A model generated the notes under the pieces. The model was not told the origin of the DNA. It ran no database searches and saw nothing but the letters and a program-made list of their open reading frames with translations. The position numbers were made by a program, and so were the translations under genes. Of a DNA stretch of 64,000 nucleotides, positions 27,501 through 36,713 are shown one piece after another. The stretch's first letter is position 1, and each line of letters starts with the position of its first letter. The DNA lies in assembly GCA_965223795.1 (NCBI GenBank), contig CBDCXL010000002.1, positions 1,920,001 through 1,984,000 on the forward strand, in the 5' to 3' direction. This stretch comes from Nitrospinales bacterium (lineage in GTDB: Bacteria > Nitrospinota > Nitrospinia > Nitrospinales > VA-1).

Positions 27501-29624
27501 ATGACTCGCAAACGATTCCCGATAAGCCTGGTTGTGATTTTCTGGCTGCTGCTGCCTGTTTCCGTGTACTCCCAGGACGCACAGACCGGTGCCGGTACAG
27601 CGCCCGCCGGTCCCGAAAACCTGAGCGGGTCGGTCACGCTGGGCGGCGCGGGAGTCAGCCTGAACCGGGAGTCCTTCAAGTTCGGCGAGTACACGGGTAT
27701 CGAAGACACCGGCGGTTATTTCGTCGGCGAAGCGGACCTGAACTATCACCGCGATTCGTATTACGCCGATTTTTTCGTGGACAATCTGGGGCTGGAACAC
27801 CGCAATATTTATTTTGAAGTCGGCCGCCTGGGGGACTACAGCTCGTTCGTGGAATACGACCAGCAGCCGCACCTGCTCAACAACACCGGCACGACCTCCT
27901 TCCAGGGAGTGGGCGGGACCACGCTGACGGGCGGTTCCACCGTCGGTCCGTTCCGTTCGATCGATCAGGATACGGACACCGACACCCTTCACGCCGGCAT
28001 CAAAAAAACGTTCGGCGCGAACAGGGAAAATGATTTTCTGGTGACGTTCCGGCGCATGGAAAAGGACGGCGTTCAGGATCTGGGCGCGACCTTCGGCTTC
28101 GCCAATGCCACGATCCTGCCGGAGCCGGTGGACCAGGTGACGAATGAGGTGCGGACTTCGCTGGCCCACAACGGGGAACGGGCGCAGGTGAAGCTGGAAT
28201 ATTTTCTTTCCCTGTTTGAAAACAAGGATCAATCCATTTTCTTCAACAACCCGTTCGTCGCGGGCAACGGGCTGATCTCCAGGGATCCGGACAACACCTA
28301 CCACAAAGTGAGCCTGACGGGCGGATACAGCCTGTCGCCGACAACGCGGATCACCGGAATCGCGGAATACGGAAGAACGCGCCAGGATGAACAGCTTCTG
28401 GGCTTCAGCATCAATCCGGCGGCGGTGGTGACGACGCCGGTGCCCCGGCAGAGTGCGGACGCGACCATTCAGACCATTCACCTGGGCATGAAACTGGCGA
28501 CGCGGCCGTTTTCAAAGTTGTCTGTCGGCGGCAGTTACAGATATTACCAGACGATCAACGACACGCCGAGCCAGCTGTTTCTGTACATTCCCAATGACGG
28601 GACGGCGCAGAACGCCATCACCGCGGCCAACGCGCTGTTCACGCAGCCATACGATTATATTCAGAACAAGGCGGGGGTGTTCGCCGCGTACCGGGCTCCG
28701 CTGAGCACCACGGTGAAGCTTCATTACGATGTGGACTGGCGCAACCGCGACCGGCGGGCCGTGGAGCACACGGTGGAGCAGACCGTGAAAAGCAGCGTTC
28801 GGTTCGGGCATCTCGATTTCATGGATGTGTATGTTCATGGACTCTACGCCAACCGGCGCGGCGATAAGTACGACCCCAGCCAGGTTTTCAACGACCGCCA
28901 CACGGCGCAGTTCATCGGCACGGGAGCGACGTTCGACGTGTTTCCGGATCTTCAGCAACTGGACATCGCCAACCGGGAGCGGGTGAAGTTCGGAACGGAT
29001 CTTGATTTTTTTCTCCTGTCGAATGTGGGCCTGGGCCTGAGCTACAGCTACGTGGACGACGATTACCCCAACGCGACGCTGGGGTTCACCGAATCCATGC
29101 GGCAGACAGCTTCCATCGACGTCAATTTCACGGGCAAGTACGAATCATATTATGTGTATTACACCTATGACAATGCGGATTCGCAGCAGAAGGGCCGGGT
29201 TGTGAACGCGGATCTGAACACGAACTGGGAGTCCAGTCTGGACGACATCACACACACGGTCGGTGTGGGCGGCAAGCTGGGGTTCATGCACAACCGGCTG
29301 TGGGTGGGGGCGGACTATTCGTACTCGCAGACGATCTCCGACATCAGCTTCATCGCCGCGCCCGGCGCCGGAACGGTGACGCCGGTGGATGACATCCAGG
29401 CGACCCTGCACACGGTCAAGCTCCACTCCTTCTACAAACTGGACGACCACATCGACGTCGGCATCAGGTACAAGGGCCAGCGTTACGATGCGGACAATTT
29501 TTTCACCGACGGCGTCAATCCCAACACGCTGGGCACGGTGCTGTTCCTCGGCGGGTCCAACCCCAACTATTACGCGCATATCGGGCTGCTCTACGCCACC
29601 TACCATTTCGGCGGACGCAACTGA
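27501..29624 (+). CDS. Outer-membrane beta-barrel porin, MtrB/PioB/MtoB family
   Basis: 707 aa, signal peptide, FKFGEYTG, LPEPVD, DPDN, DIANRER, beta-strand pattern, aromatic C-terminal strand. Directly downstream of the decaheme gene. Confidence 0.88.
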   Translation: MTRKRFPISLVVIFWLLLPVSVYSQDAQTGAGTAPAGPENLSGSVTLGGAGVSLNRESFKFGEYTGIEDTGGYFVGEADLNYHRDSYYADFFVDNLGLEHRNIYFEVGRLGDYSSFVEYDQQPHLLNNTGTTSFQGVGGTTLTGGSTVGPFRSIDQDTDTDTLHAGIKKTFGANRENDFLVTFRRMEKDGVQDLGATFGFANATILPEPVDQVTNEVRTSLAHNGERAQVKLEYFLSLFENKDQSIFFNNPFVAGNGLISRDPDNTYHKVSLTGGYSLSPTTRITGIAEYGRTRQDEQLLGFSINPAAVVTTPVPRQSADATIQTIHLGMKLATRPFSKLSVGGSYRYYQTINDTPSQLFLYIPNDGTAQNAITAANALFTQPYDYIQNKAGVFAAYRAPLSTTVKLHYDVDWRNRDRRAVEHTVEQTVKSSVRFGHLDFMDVYVHGLYANRRGDKYDPSQVFNDRHTAQFIGTGATFDVFPDLQQLDIANRERVKFGTDLDFFLLSNVGLGLSYSYVDDDYPNATLGFTESMRQTASIDVNFTGKYESYYVYYTYDNADSQQKGRVVNADLNTNWESSLDDITHTVGVGGKLGFMHNRLWVGADYSYSQTISDISFIAAPGAGTVTPVDDIQATLHTVKLHSFYKLDDHIDVGIRYKGQRYDADNFFTDGVNPNTLGTVLFLGGSNPNYYAHIGLLYATYHFGGRN

Positions 29625-29722
29625 TCCTCCCGGCCGCCCCTCCTTGAGCACATTGCCGGTGATCCCGGGGCATCAAAGCAATCGTATTTTTAAAACTTGA
29701 ATGCGGGTGGGATGCAGCCGTC

Positions 29723-30208
29723 TTACTGACTGGATGTTTCCTTGTTCACGACGTGGAAGAAGATGGCATCCGTGATCAGCGGAACGTACAGGATGTGGTT
29801 TCCATAGGAAAACAGTCCCCGGATGGTGTGCGGGCCGTCTTCCAGGTACACCCGCTTGCAGGACTCGCCGTTGCCCAGGTGAATGTGGTTCTGATCTTTG
29901 ACCATGGGTTCCGAAAGGACATCCGGAGACGGCAGGGGCACGTCCACGAGAACGTGATGGTGGCCTTTGCCTTCGTTGTTGCCGTTGCTCGCCGGTTCCA
30001 CTTCGAAGCCGTTGATGCTGAAGCAGATTTCAACGGGGCTCGATACGACCGAGGACGGCGCGGGTTTGGTGACTTTCAGGACGCCTTCGTACATGCGATG
30101 GCCGGCCATGCTGGTGTACAATTCGTCGGTTTTCATGCAGGAGTGGGTGTGGCACCCCATGAACGAAAAGATCAACACGTAAGCCATGATTTGCAGGGAG
30201 TGTTTCAT
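29723..30208 (-). CDS. DUF4399-like lipoprotein
   Basis: Lipobox FMGC, GHHHVLVD, HIHLGNG, GPHTI. Confidence 0.7.
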   Translation of the reverse strand: MKHSLQIMAYVLIFSFMGCHTHSCMKTDELYTSMAGHRMYEGVLKVTKPAPSSVVSSPVEICFSINGFEVEPASNGNNEGKGHHHVLVDVPLPSPDVLSEPMVKDQNHIHLGNGESCKRVYLEDGPHTIRGLFSYGNHILYVPLITDAIFFHVVNKETSSQ

Positions 30209-30855
30209 TGCTTCACCAGAAAGCGTCCTGATATCGGGAATGGGACGGCCTCTTTCAATTGAATGTCAATCCAACGCTCGGAAAGAGAACGCGCGCCGCC
30301 TGATTCAAAATTTCTTTTAATTTTCCGGATTATAAACTATTTGAGTTTGGAAAGGATATGATTTTAACATGGCTTCCTTACGAAACAAGAAATGAGAAGG
30401 TGGGTTCCGACGCGCACCCGTTTGCCCGCCGAACTGCATCGATTGCACGGCGTGCTTCGACCCTTCGCGGATCCAGGAAATGAGAAACGCGACACCGTGC
30501 TCACCCGCTGCTGATAGAGGATGGAATTCAATATGTTAACAATCTTCGGGAATCCTCAAAACGCGAATGAAAAAATCCGGGAATGGGTGCGTGTGTTCCG
30601 CTGTGCAGAATAGTATAATTATTTACAGGGCAGCAGAAACTTTGAGTTGAAGAATGTATTACAAAGGTTTATAAACAAATTACAGGACCGTCACGCAACC
30701 CCGGTTGTTCTTGAAACCGGATTTCCCTTTCGGGCATCCCCCCACCCCTAGGATCCGGTTCTTCACACAAGCTGCCAGAGCCGGGAAAGGCGAGATCGCG
30801 TCGCCGTTTTCAAAGCATGCCTTTCTGGACTGCATACCGGCTTAGGGGGATCAAA

Positions 30856-33547
30856 ATGAGAAGGGTCTTCGCTTCGATTCTTCTGACAGCCTTTCTTTTT
30901 CCGCTTTCCCTTTTCGGGGCCACGTCCTCTTCCTGGGCTCTGAGCCGCAGCATCGTCTCCATTCCCGTCACCGATCAAAAGGGCAACCAGATCACTCTGT
31001 ATGAGGAAAGCCATGCCCTGGTGATCGGCATCAGCGAGTACACGGGCGGCTGGCCCAGTCTGCCGGGCGTCAAGGGCGATGTTAAGGCAGTCCGGGACAC
31101 TCTTGAAAATATTGGCTTTAACGTTGTGGTGGTGGAGGATCCCGATCAGCAGGAACTGGAAGCCGCCTTCAAGGATTTCGTGCTGGAGTACGGGCTGAAC
31201 CCGGAAAACCGGCTGCTGTTCTATTTTGCGGGGCATGGCCACACCCACAAACCCTATTACGCCGCCAATGATCCGGAGGAATGGATGGGGTATCTTGTGG
31301 CCCGCAATGCACCGGACCCGCAGGAAGACATTTCCCGCTTCTTCGCCCACTCGCTGAGCATGCGCGCCATAGAAGGCATCGCGTTGACGATCGAAGCCAA
31401 ACACGCGATGTTTATTTTTGACAGCTGTTTTTCAGGCACTCTGTTTGGGCTCAGCCGGGCCATTCCCCAGGACATTCAGCTGAGAACCGGAAAACCCGTC
31501 CGGCAATTCATCACTTCCGGCACCGCCGACCAGGTTGTCCCGGATATCAGCATCTTTCGCAGGCAGTTCATCTCGGCCCTGGAAGGAGAAGCCGACAGCA
31601 ACCGCGACGGTTACATTACGGGATCGGAACTGGGTCTTTATCTCGAAGAAACCGTCACGAACCTGAGCCGGCGAACCCAGACACCGCGTTACGGAAAAAT
31701 TCAGAATCGTTTGTTGAACAAGGGGGATTTTGTTTTCCCCATTCAATGGGACTCCTCAGATTCCGAAGCGGTGGAGCCTGCGCTGACTGTTGCAGAGGAC
31801 GCTGCTCCGGATCAGAGTATGGACAATGTCATCGCCAAGGCCGAGGACTTACCCGCGAGCCGGGGGGAACGCAGCCGCCGCATCGAAAATCATTTCAAGA
31901 AACTGAAAAACCTGGATAAATTCGAGGAGACGGACGTTTCCCGAAAGACCAAGATCAAACTCTGGGGTGATTTCATCGCCCTGTATCCTGCTTCAAATCT
32001 CCTGGTCCAGGAAGCGGAACGGATTCTGAAAAACCTCAAGGACGCTCCCAACTCCGCTGAGACCTCCCGGAAAGGTGAAATTTACGCCCAATATGCCAGC
32101 CTGATGGAGCTGGATCAGGGGAGAGGGCCGTTGGATGAGAAGATAAACTCCTGGGAGGCATTCATGAAAAAATATCCCAGGAACAATTCTTATCTGGACA
32201 TCGCGCAAAAAAGGCTGCAGCAGCTGAAAAACAAAAAATATCACGAGGAGATCGAGTTGAAATTCGATTCTCTGATGAAGATGGATGAGCAGGATCTGGA
32301 GGCGGATCAGAAAATTGCAGCCTGGCGTGAGTTTTTACAAATCTATCCGGACAACAATCCCAAGAAGGGCTTCGCGTTTGCCAAAATCCAAAGGATTGAA
32401 GAGGGGGTGAAAATAAATGAAGAACGAAAACGCCTGGTTGCGCAAAGGCAACTCACGGAACAACTGGAAGCCCAGAAGATGGAATTGGAAACCATAACCA
32501 GGGAACGCGAGGCACTGAGAAAACAACGCGAAGATCTGAAAAAAAGGGAACAGGCGTTCCGCCGGGAAATCGAACGCATGGCTCGGGAAGTGGAAGCCAA
32601 AAAAGCGGAAGAGCTGAGACAGGCCGAGGAAAAACGCCTGGCTGAGGAAGCGGAAGCCAGAAGACTTGAAGAGAAGCGGCGGGCCGAGGAAAAACGCCTG
32701 GCTGAAGAAGCGGAAGCCAGAAGGCTTGAAGAGAAGCGGCGGGCCGAGGAAAAACGCCTGGCTGAAGAAGCGGAAGCTTGAAGAGAAGCGGCGGGCCGAA
32801 GAAAAGCGCCTGGCTGAAGAAGCGGAAGCCAGAAGGCTTGAAGAGAAGCGGCGGGCTGAGGAAGAACGTCTGGCCGAGGAAGCGGAGCGGTTGCAAAAAG
32901 CGTCTCAAGACAATCCGCAGGTGGCCCGGCTGGAACCTGGAAGCCCAAAATCATCCGGGGAGGCCTCTCCCGGGCAGGAAAGCATGGTGCTGATCCCCGC
33001 GGGCGGGTTCGTCGCGGGAAAACGGAACTCCCCGAGCTTCCATTCTCAAAAGGGGTTTTATATCGACACGCACGAGGTCACGCAAAAGGAATTTGAACGC
33101 GTCATGGGAAAGAATCCCTCGCGTTTTAAAGGCGAAGACCGTCCTGTCGAAATGGTGACCTGGGATGAGGCCCAGGAATACTGCCGTCGCGTCGGCAAGC
33201 GGCTGCCCAACGCGAGTGAATGGGAGAAAGCGGCGCGCGGAGGCACCTCCTCGAAATACTATTGGGGCAACGAGCTCGGTGAAAACAAAGCCAATTGCGA
33301 CGGCTGCGGCAGCAAGTTCGACAGCTGGAAAACCGCGCCCGTGGGAAGCTTTCCTCCCAACAACTACGGCCTGTACGACATTGTGGGCAATGTCTGGGAA
33401 TGGATCGACCAGACTTACGAAAGCAAGTTCAAAGTTCTTCGCGGCGGATCGTATATGGACGATTCCAGTTTCGTGACACCGGAAGGTTCCTATTTTTTGC
33501 TGCCCAAAAACCGCAGCGCCGACATCGGCTTCCGCTGCGTCCGCTGA
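30856..33547 (+). pseudogene. Secreted caspase-like (peptidase C14) + coiled-coil + FGE-sulfatase/SUMF1 domain protein, frameshifted near 32777
   Basis: First frame (30856..32781) has ALVIGISEY, FYFAGHG and IFDSCFSG. Second frame (to 33547) has MVLIPAG, EVTQ, RLPNASEWEKAARGG, NNYGLYDIVGNVWEW, RGGS, IGFRC. The frames join if the 8 bp missing from one 60-bp repeat unit are restored. Confidence 0.8.
32623..32886 (+). repeat. Coding tandem repeat, 60-bp unit (AEEAEARRLEEKRRAEEKRL), about 4.3 copies, third unit 52 bp
   Basis: Units at 32641-32700, 32701-32760, 32761-32812 (8 bp short) and 32813-32872. Confidence 0.92.
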
Positions 33548-33708
33548 CATCCGGTACAAGACACACGATGGCAAAGCCTTGCCTTCGCTCGACCGGCCTC
33601 ATGACCTGATGAACGTGCCCAGTTCTTTCTGGCTGCAACAATAACCGCGATTCTTCCGCGAACGTTCTCCTTTTCCGCCTGCAACTGCCTGCCCGCTGCT
33701 GCCTGATT

Positions 33709-34065
33709 TTATTCGTCCTGCACGATTTTCCCCAGTGGGATCTTGTATTTTTTCTGCGGCACGCGTTCCTCTTTCTTGCCGAAGTGACAATACCAGCGCC
33801 GGTTGATCTGGCCAAACCGCATGTCCTTTTGCGGGTTCATGTAATAAGACTCCGGGTCCAGCCCGAGGTATCTGTAGATCAGCCGATGGCAGCCTTCCCA
33901 TGCCTGCTGTGTCTCATTGTTTAATGACAACGGATAAATGGATTTTGTGGAAACGCCTTGATGGGGGTGCCATCGGGGCGAAGGTGGCTCCGCATCAAAG
34001 CTATTGGACAGCGCGGGTGTTGTGATGGCTGTGAAAACGATGGCTGACAGGATGAATTTTTTCAT
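33709..34065 (-). CDS. Small secreted two-Cys protein (array member 1, 118 aa)
   Basis: GGGAGG RBS, signal peptide MKKFILSAIVFTAITTPALS, C-x33-C ending RWYC. Confidence 0.7.
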   Translation of the reverse strand: MKKFILSAIVFTAITTPALSNSFDAEPPSPRWHPHQGVSTKSIYPLSLNNETQQAWEGCHRLIYRYLGLDPESYYMNPQKDMRFGQINRRWYCHFGKKEERVPQKKYKIPLGKIVQDE

Positions 34066-34184
34066 GGCAAACCTCCCTATTTTTAAACCCGGCATGACAG
34101 GGATTTCCCGCCGGGCTCGAAATTTTACAGGGGGGACCTTGAATTCTTCGAGCGCCTCGAAACCTAAAAATGAACGCACTCTTG

Positions 34185-34412
34185 TTATTGAATGCGAACG
34201 CACCGACCCGGAATGAAGACTTTTTTCCCATTCAACACGGTCCAGCGGCCGGGCACCCATTTCCAGACTCTTATGTTGTTGTTGATTTTTTTGAGCGTGC
34301 ACCGCATCTGGGCTGAGGTTTCAAGCCCAGGCGATGGACTCGCTGCATCCACAATTGCGAAAAGATAAATCAAGCCGATCAAACCGAAACTGACCCATAT
34401 TCTTGTTTTCAT
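34185..34412 (-). CDS. Small secreted cationic two-Cys peptide (array member 2, 75 aa)
   Basis: Signal peptide MKTRIWVSFGLIGLIYLFAIVDA, C-x32-C enclosing WKWVPGRW...FIPGR. Confidence 0.65.
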   Translation of the reverse strand: MKTRIWVSFGLIGLIYLFAIVDAASPSPGLETSAQMRCTLKKINNNIRVWKWVPGRWTVLNGKKVFIPGRCVRIQ

Positions 34413-34476
34413 TTTATTGGCACCTTGAAAGTCAGAAAAATAAAAATTATTTTTCTGAAAATTTTGATATTTCAAG

Positions 34477-34521
34477 ACCCCCGTCCTCATGAACTCCATG
34501 CGGGGCCAGGAGGACGGGGGT
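34477..34521. repeat. Perfect 12-bp inverted repeat (hairpin, 21-nt loop)
   Basis: ACCCCCGTCCTC (34477-34488) and GAGGACGGGGGT (34510-34521). Confidence 0.8.
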
Positions 34522-34721
34522 TGTGATTGTCGATCATTCAGCATTTCAGTAAGGCTCCGGCGGGTATTTGCGTTTCCAGATCTTTTTTGTGCCCCAGATG
34601 ATTGATGATTGGACCCAATTCCCACCGTTTTGAATACATATGAATTTCTTTGAAAATTCTGTCACCGGTGTTTCTGGTTTGAGTCGATTTCACACGGATT
34701 CGTGGTGTTCGTTCGCATCCG

Positions 34722-34973
34722 TCATCGCTTGCAGACCCAACGCGTGCCTGCAGGCTGACCGTATTTGCCCAGCACGACAATAGCGACCCATTTCCCTCCG
34801 CTCAGTTGACACGCCAAACGAGGGTTCAGGTGCCTGTTTTGCAACGTGACTTGTTTCGGATTCTTGAGCTGCGGACTGTCTCCTTGTTTTCCCGGGCCGG
34901 CTTCACCGATTCCAGTTAGGGATAGAATGACGAATGCCGCGATGGCAGCGGATGATAAAATGTTCTTTTTCAT
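34722..34973 (-). CDS. Small secreted cationic two-Cys peptide (array member 3, 83 aa)
   Basis: TAAGGAGG RBS, signal peptide ending GEA/GP, C-x25-C ending RWVC. Confidence 0.75.
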   Translation of the reverse strand: MKKNILSSAAIAAFVILSLTGIGEAGPGKQGDSPQLKNPKQVTLQNRHLNPRLACQLSGGKWVAIVVLGKYGQPAGTRWVCKR

Positions 34974-35126
34974 TGGGAGACCTCCTTATAACTATTTGTT
35001 ATTGTTGGCAATATTTGTCAATGTGTTTGGCTGAAGAGTTTGCGCTGCGTGAGCTGAATTCGATGCAGTTGCCACCAGTCTGGATGACTCGATTGAAAAT
35101 GAATCTGCAAACCTGAAAGCATTCAA

Positions 35127-35408
35127 TCAAAGCGATCCGAGATGGAAGTCCTTGCTCCAGCATTGCCATTTCCCCTGGGAATACACCACATGCGTGATGT
35201 TGATGCCCTGAAATTTCTTTTTGCAAGCGATGAGGGCCCGGCTTTTGGGGCTCGGTTTCCAGATCGGGGAGAACGAGGTTCCATAAGTCGGACCGTTGGG
35301 TTGAAAACCGGGCTTGTGAGGATTTTTGGGACCGGCATTGCTGACTCCGGCCAGGATGAATGAAGCAAATGCTGTGACCGCAATGGCTGTGACGATTGTT
35401 TTTTTCAT
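35127..35408 (-). CDS. Small secreted cationic two-Cys peptide (array member 4, 93 aa)
   Basis: GGAG RBS before ATG 35408, signal peptide ending SNA/GP, C-x20-C ending KWQC. Confidence 0.75.
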   Translation of the reverse strand: MKKTIVTAIAVTAFASFILAGVSNAGPKNPHKPGFQPNGPTYGTSFSPIWKPSPKSRALIACKKKFQGINITHVVYSQGKWQCWSKDFHLGSL

Positions 35409-35474
35409 CTTGTTATCTCCCTGGGTGAAAGTATTAAGATGTTTAAATTTCTTTCTTTCGTAAACAGCATTCAG

Positions 35475-35490
35475 GGCAATTAACATGCCA
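35475..35490 (-). promoter_or_regulatory. Putative sigma54 (-24/-12) promoter for the peptide array
   Basis: Minus strand reads TGGCATG-TTAA-TTGCC against consensus TGGCACG-N4-TTGCW, about 70 nt upstream of ATG 35408. Confidence 0.65.
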
Positions 35491-35576
35491 ATTGCAATGC
35501 AACTTGTTTTTTGCTTTTGCATTTGGTGAGTTACTAAATTTTTGCAATTGAACGAACAGGCAACAAAATAGTGAAC

Positions 35577-35610
35577 ACCATGCATGGTCCATGCATGGTC
35601 CGTGCGTTGC
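35577..35610. promoter_or_regulatory. 11-bp-periodic palindromic repeat, candidate activator binding site
   Basis: CCATGCATGGT twice (35578-35599) plus a degenerate third copy CCGTGCGTTGC. ACCATGCATGGT is a perfect palindrome. Confidence 0.45.
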
Positions 35611-35789
35611 CATGCAATGCAAAGCTTCCTGTCAAGCTGCGTCAAGTTGGAATGGGTTGAGATATGTTTTGAGCCTGACAAAGACACAGGAACGGCGTTT
35701 GGGAAACGTTGCTCTGAAGAAAGTTTTGCCAAAGAGGACATATATCGTGAACGTGCGCATGGTGCATGAATGGTGATGGATTCATGGTT

Positions 35790-35805
35790 GGGCATGGAAA
35801 CTGCA
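35790..35805 (+). promoter_or_regulatory. Putative sigma54-like promoter for the UndA-like gene
   Basis: GGGCATGGAAACTGCA keeps the GG-N10-GC spacing, about 70 nt upstream of ATG 35877. Confidence 0.45.
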
Positions 35806-35876
35806 GGGCAAAATCGGAAAGAGGAGTCGAATCCGTTGAACCATCCCATTCAAATTCCACTAAACCGGAGAACATC

Positions 35877-36617
35877 ATGAAGATCACGTTGAGCGAACAT
35901 CCGAAATGGCTTGAAGAATTCATCGATGAGATTGCTGTTTTTGAAAAAAAGATTCTCGAAGGAAACTGTTTTGGGCAAATGATCGAAGGCGAGCTCGATA
36001 TCATCACGTTCCGCCAGGTCATGATCGATTTTTATCCTCTCGTTGAGAACTTTCCCAAATACATGGCGCTGGTTTTGTCCAAAGTGCCTATGGAGGACAC
36101 GGAAGAAGCGAAAATGGCTCGATCCTGGTTGATTCAAAACCTCAATATTGAGCGCCTGCATGCGGACTGGTATCGTGATTGGATCTGGGGATTTGGCGTA
36201 CCCAGGGAACGGACTCAAGGCGAAGTGTTCCCGAAGCCGGAAGTGGACGCCGTGAACAATTTTCTCTGGAAAGTTTGTACCTATGGAACTCTGGCGGAAT
36301 CCATCGCCGGGCTGAATTTCGCCATTGAGGGGCCCACAGGAGAGTGGTCTAAAGCTGTTTATAAAAATATTCGTAAGTACGAAGGCGTGGAAGGCGTGAT
36401 ATTGGACCGCAAATCGCTCATGTGGTTGAAAGCGCACGCCAAGTACGACGACCATCACCCCGAGGAGGCGCTGGAAATCATCAAGGCGTTCGCGACCACG
36501 GAGGACGAGCAGGAACGGGTCAAACGGGCTATCCGAAACGGAATGAGCTATTATGCAATTGCTGCGGAAGCGAGCTACAACAGTGGTTCGCGCGGGGATT
36601 TTGCGAAGGTGGCTTGA
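35877..36617 (+). CDS. Heme-oxygenase-like di-iron oxidase (TenA/PqqC fold), UndA-like fatty-acid decarboxylase
   Basis: MARSWLIQNLNIERLHADW, NFAIEGPTGEWS and WLKAHAKYDDHHPEEALEII closely match the corresponding Pseudomonas UndA motifs as I recall them. GGAG RBS before ATG 35877. Confidence 0.78.
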   Translation: MKITLSEHPKWLEEFIDEIAVFEKKILEGNCFGQMIEGELDIITFRQVMIDFYPLVENFPKYMALVLSKVPMEDTEEAKMARSWLIQNLNIERLHADWYRDWIWGFGVPRERTQGEVFPKPEVDAVNNFLWKVCTYGTLAESIAGLNFAIEGPTGEWSKAVYKNIRKYEGVEGVILDRKSLMWLKAHAKYDDHHPEEALEIIKAFATTEDEQERVKRAIRNGMSYYAIAAEASYNSGSRGDFAKVA

Positions 36618-36713
36618 ACGGCAGGAAAGCGTTGCGGCCTAATTCCGGTAACCGGTGTGTCAAATTCAATGAATTTGGGTGCAAAACCTGGAGGCGTGAA
36701 CGCACTGTAAATC

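Noticed and set aside
32623..32886. Tandem repeats as a CRISPR array
   Set aside because: The units are contiguous 60-bp in-frame coding repeats with no unique spacers, and there are no cas genes.
33430..33547. FGE/C-lectin C-terminus as the variable region of a diversity-generating retroelement
   Set aside because: No second copy (template repeat) and no reverse transcriptase gene were seen in the window.
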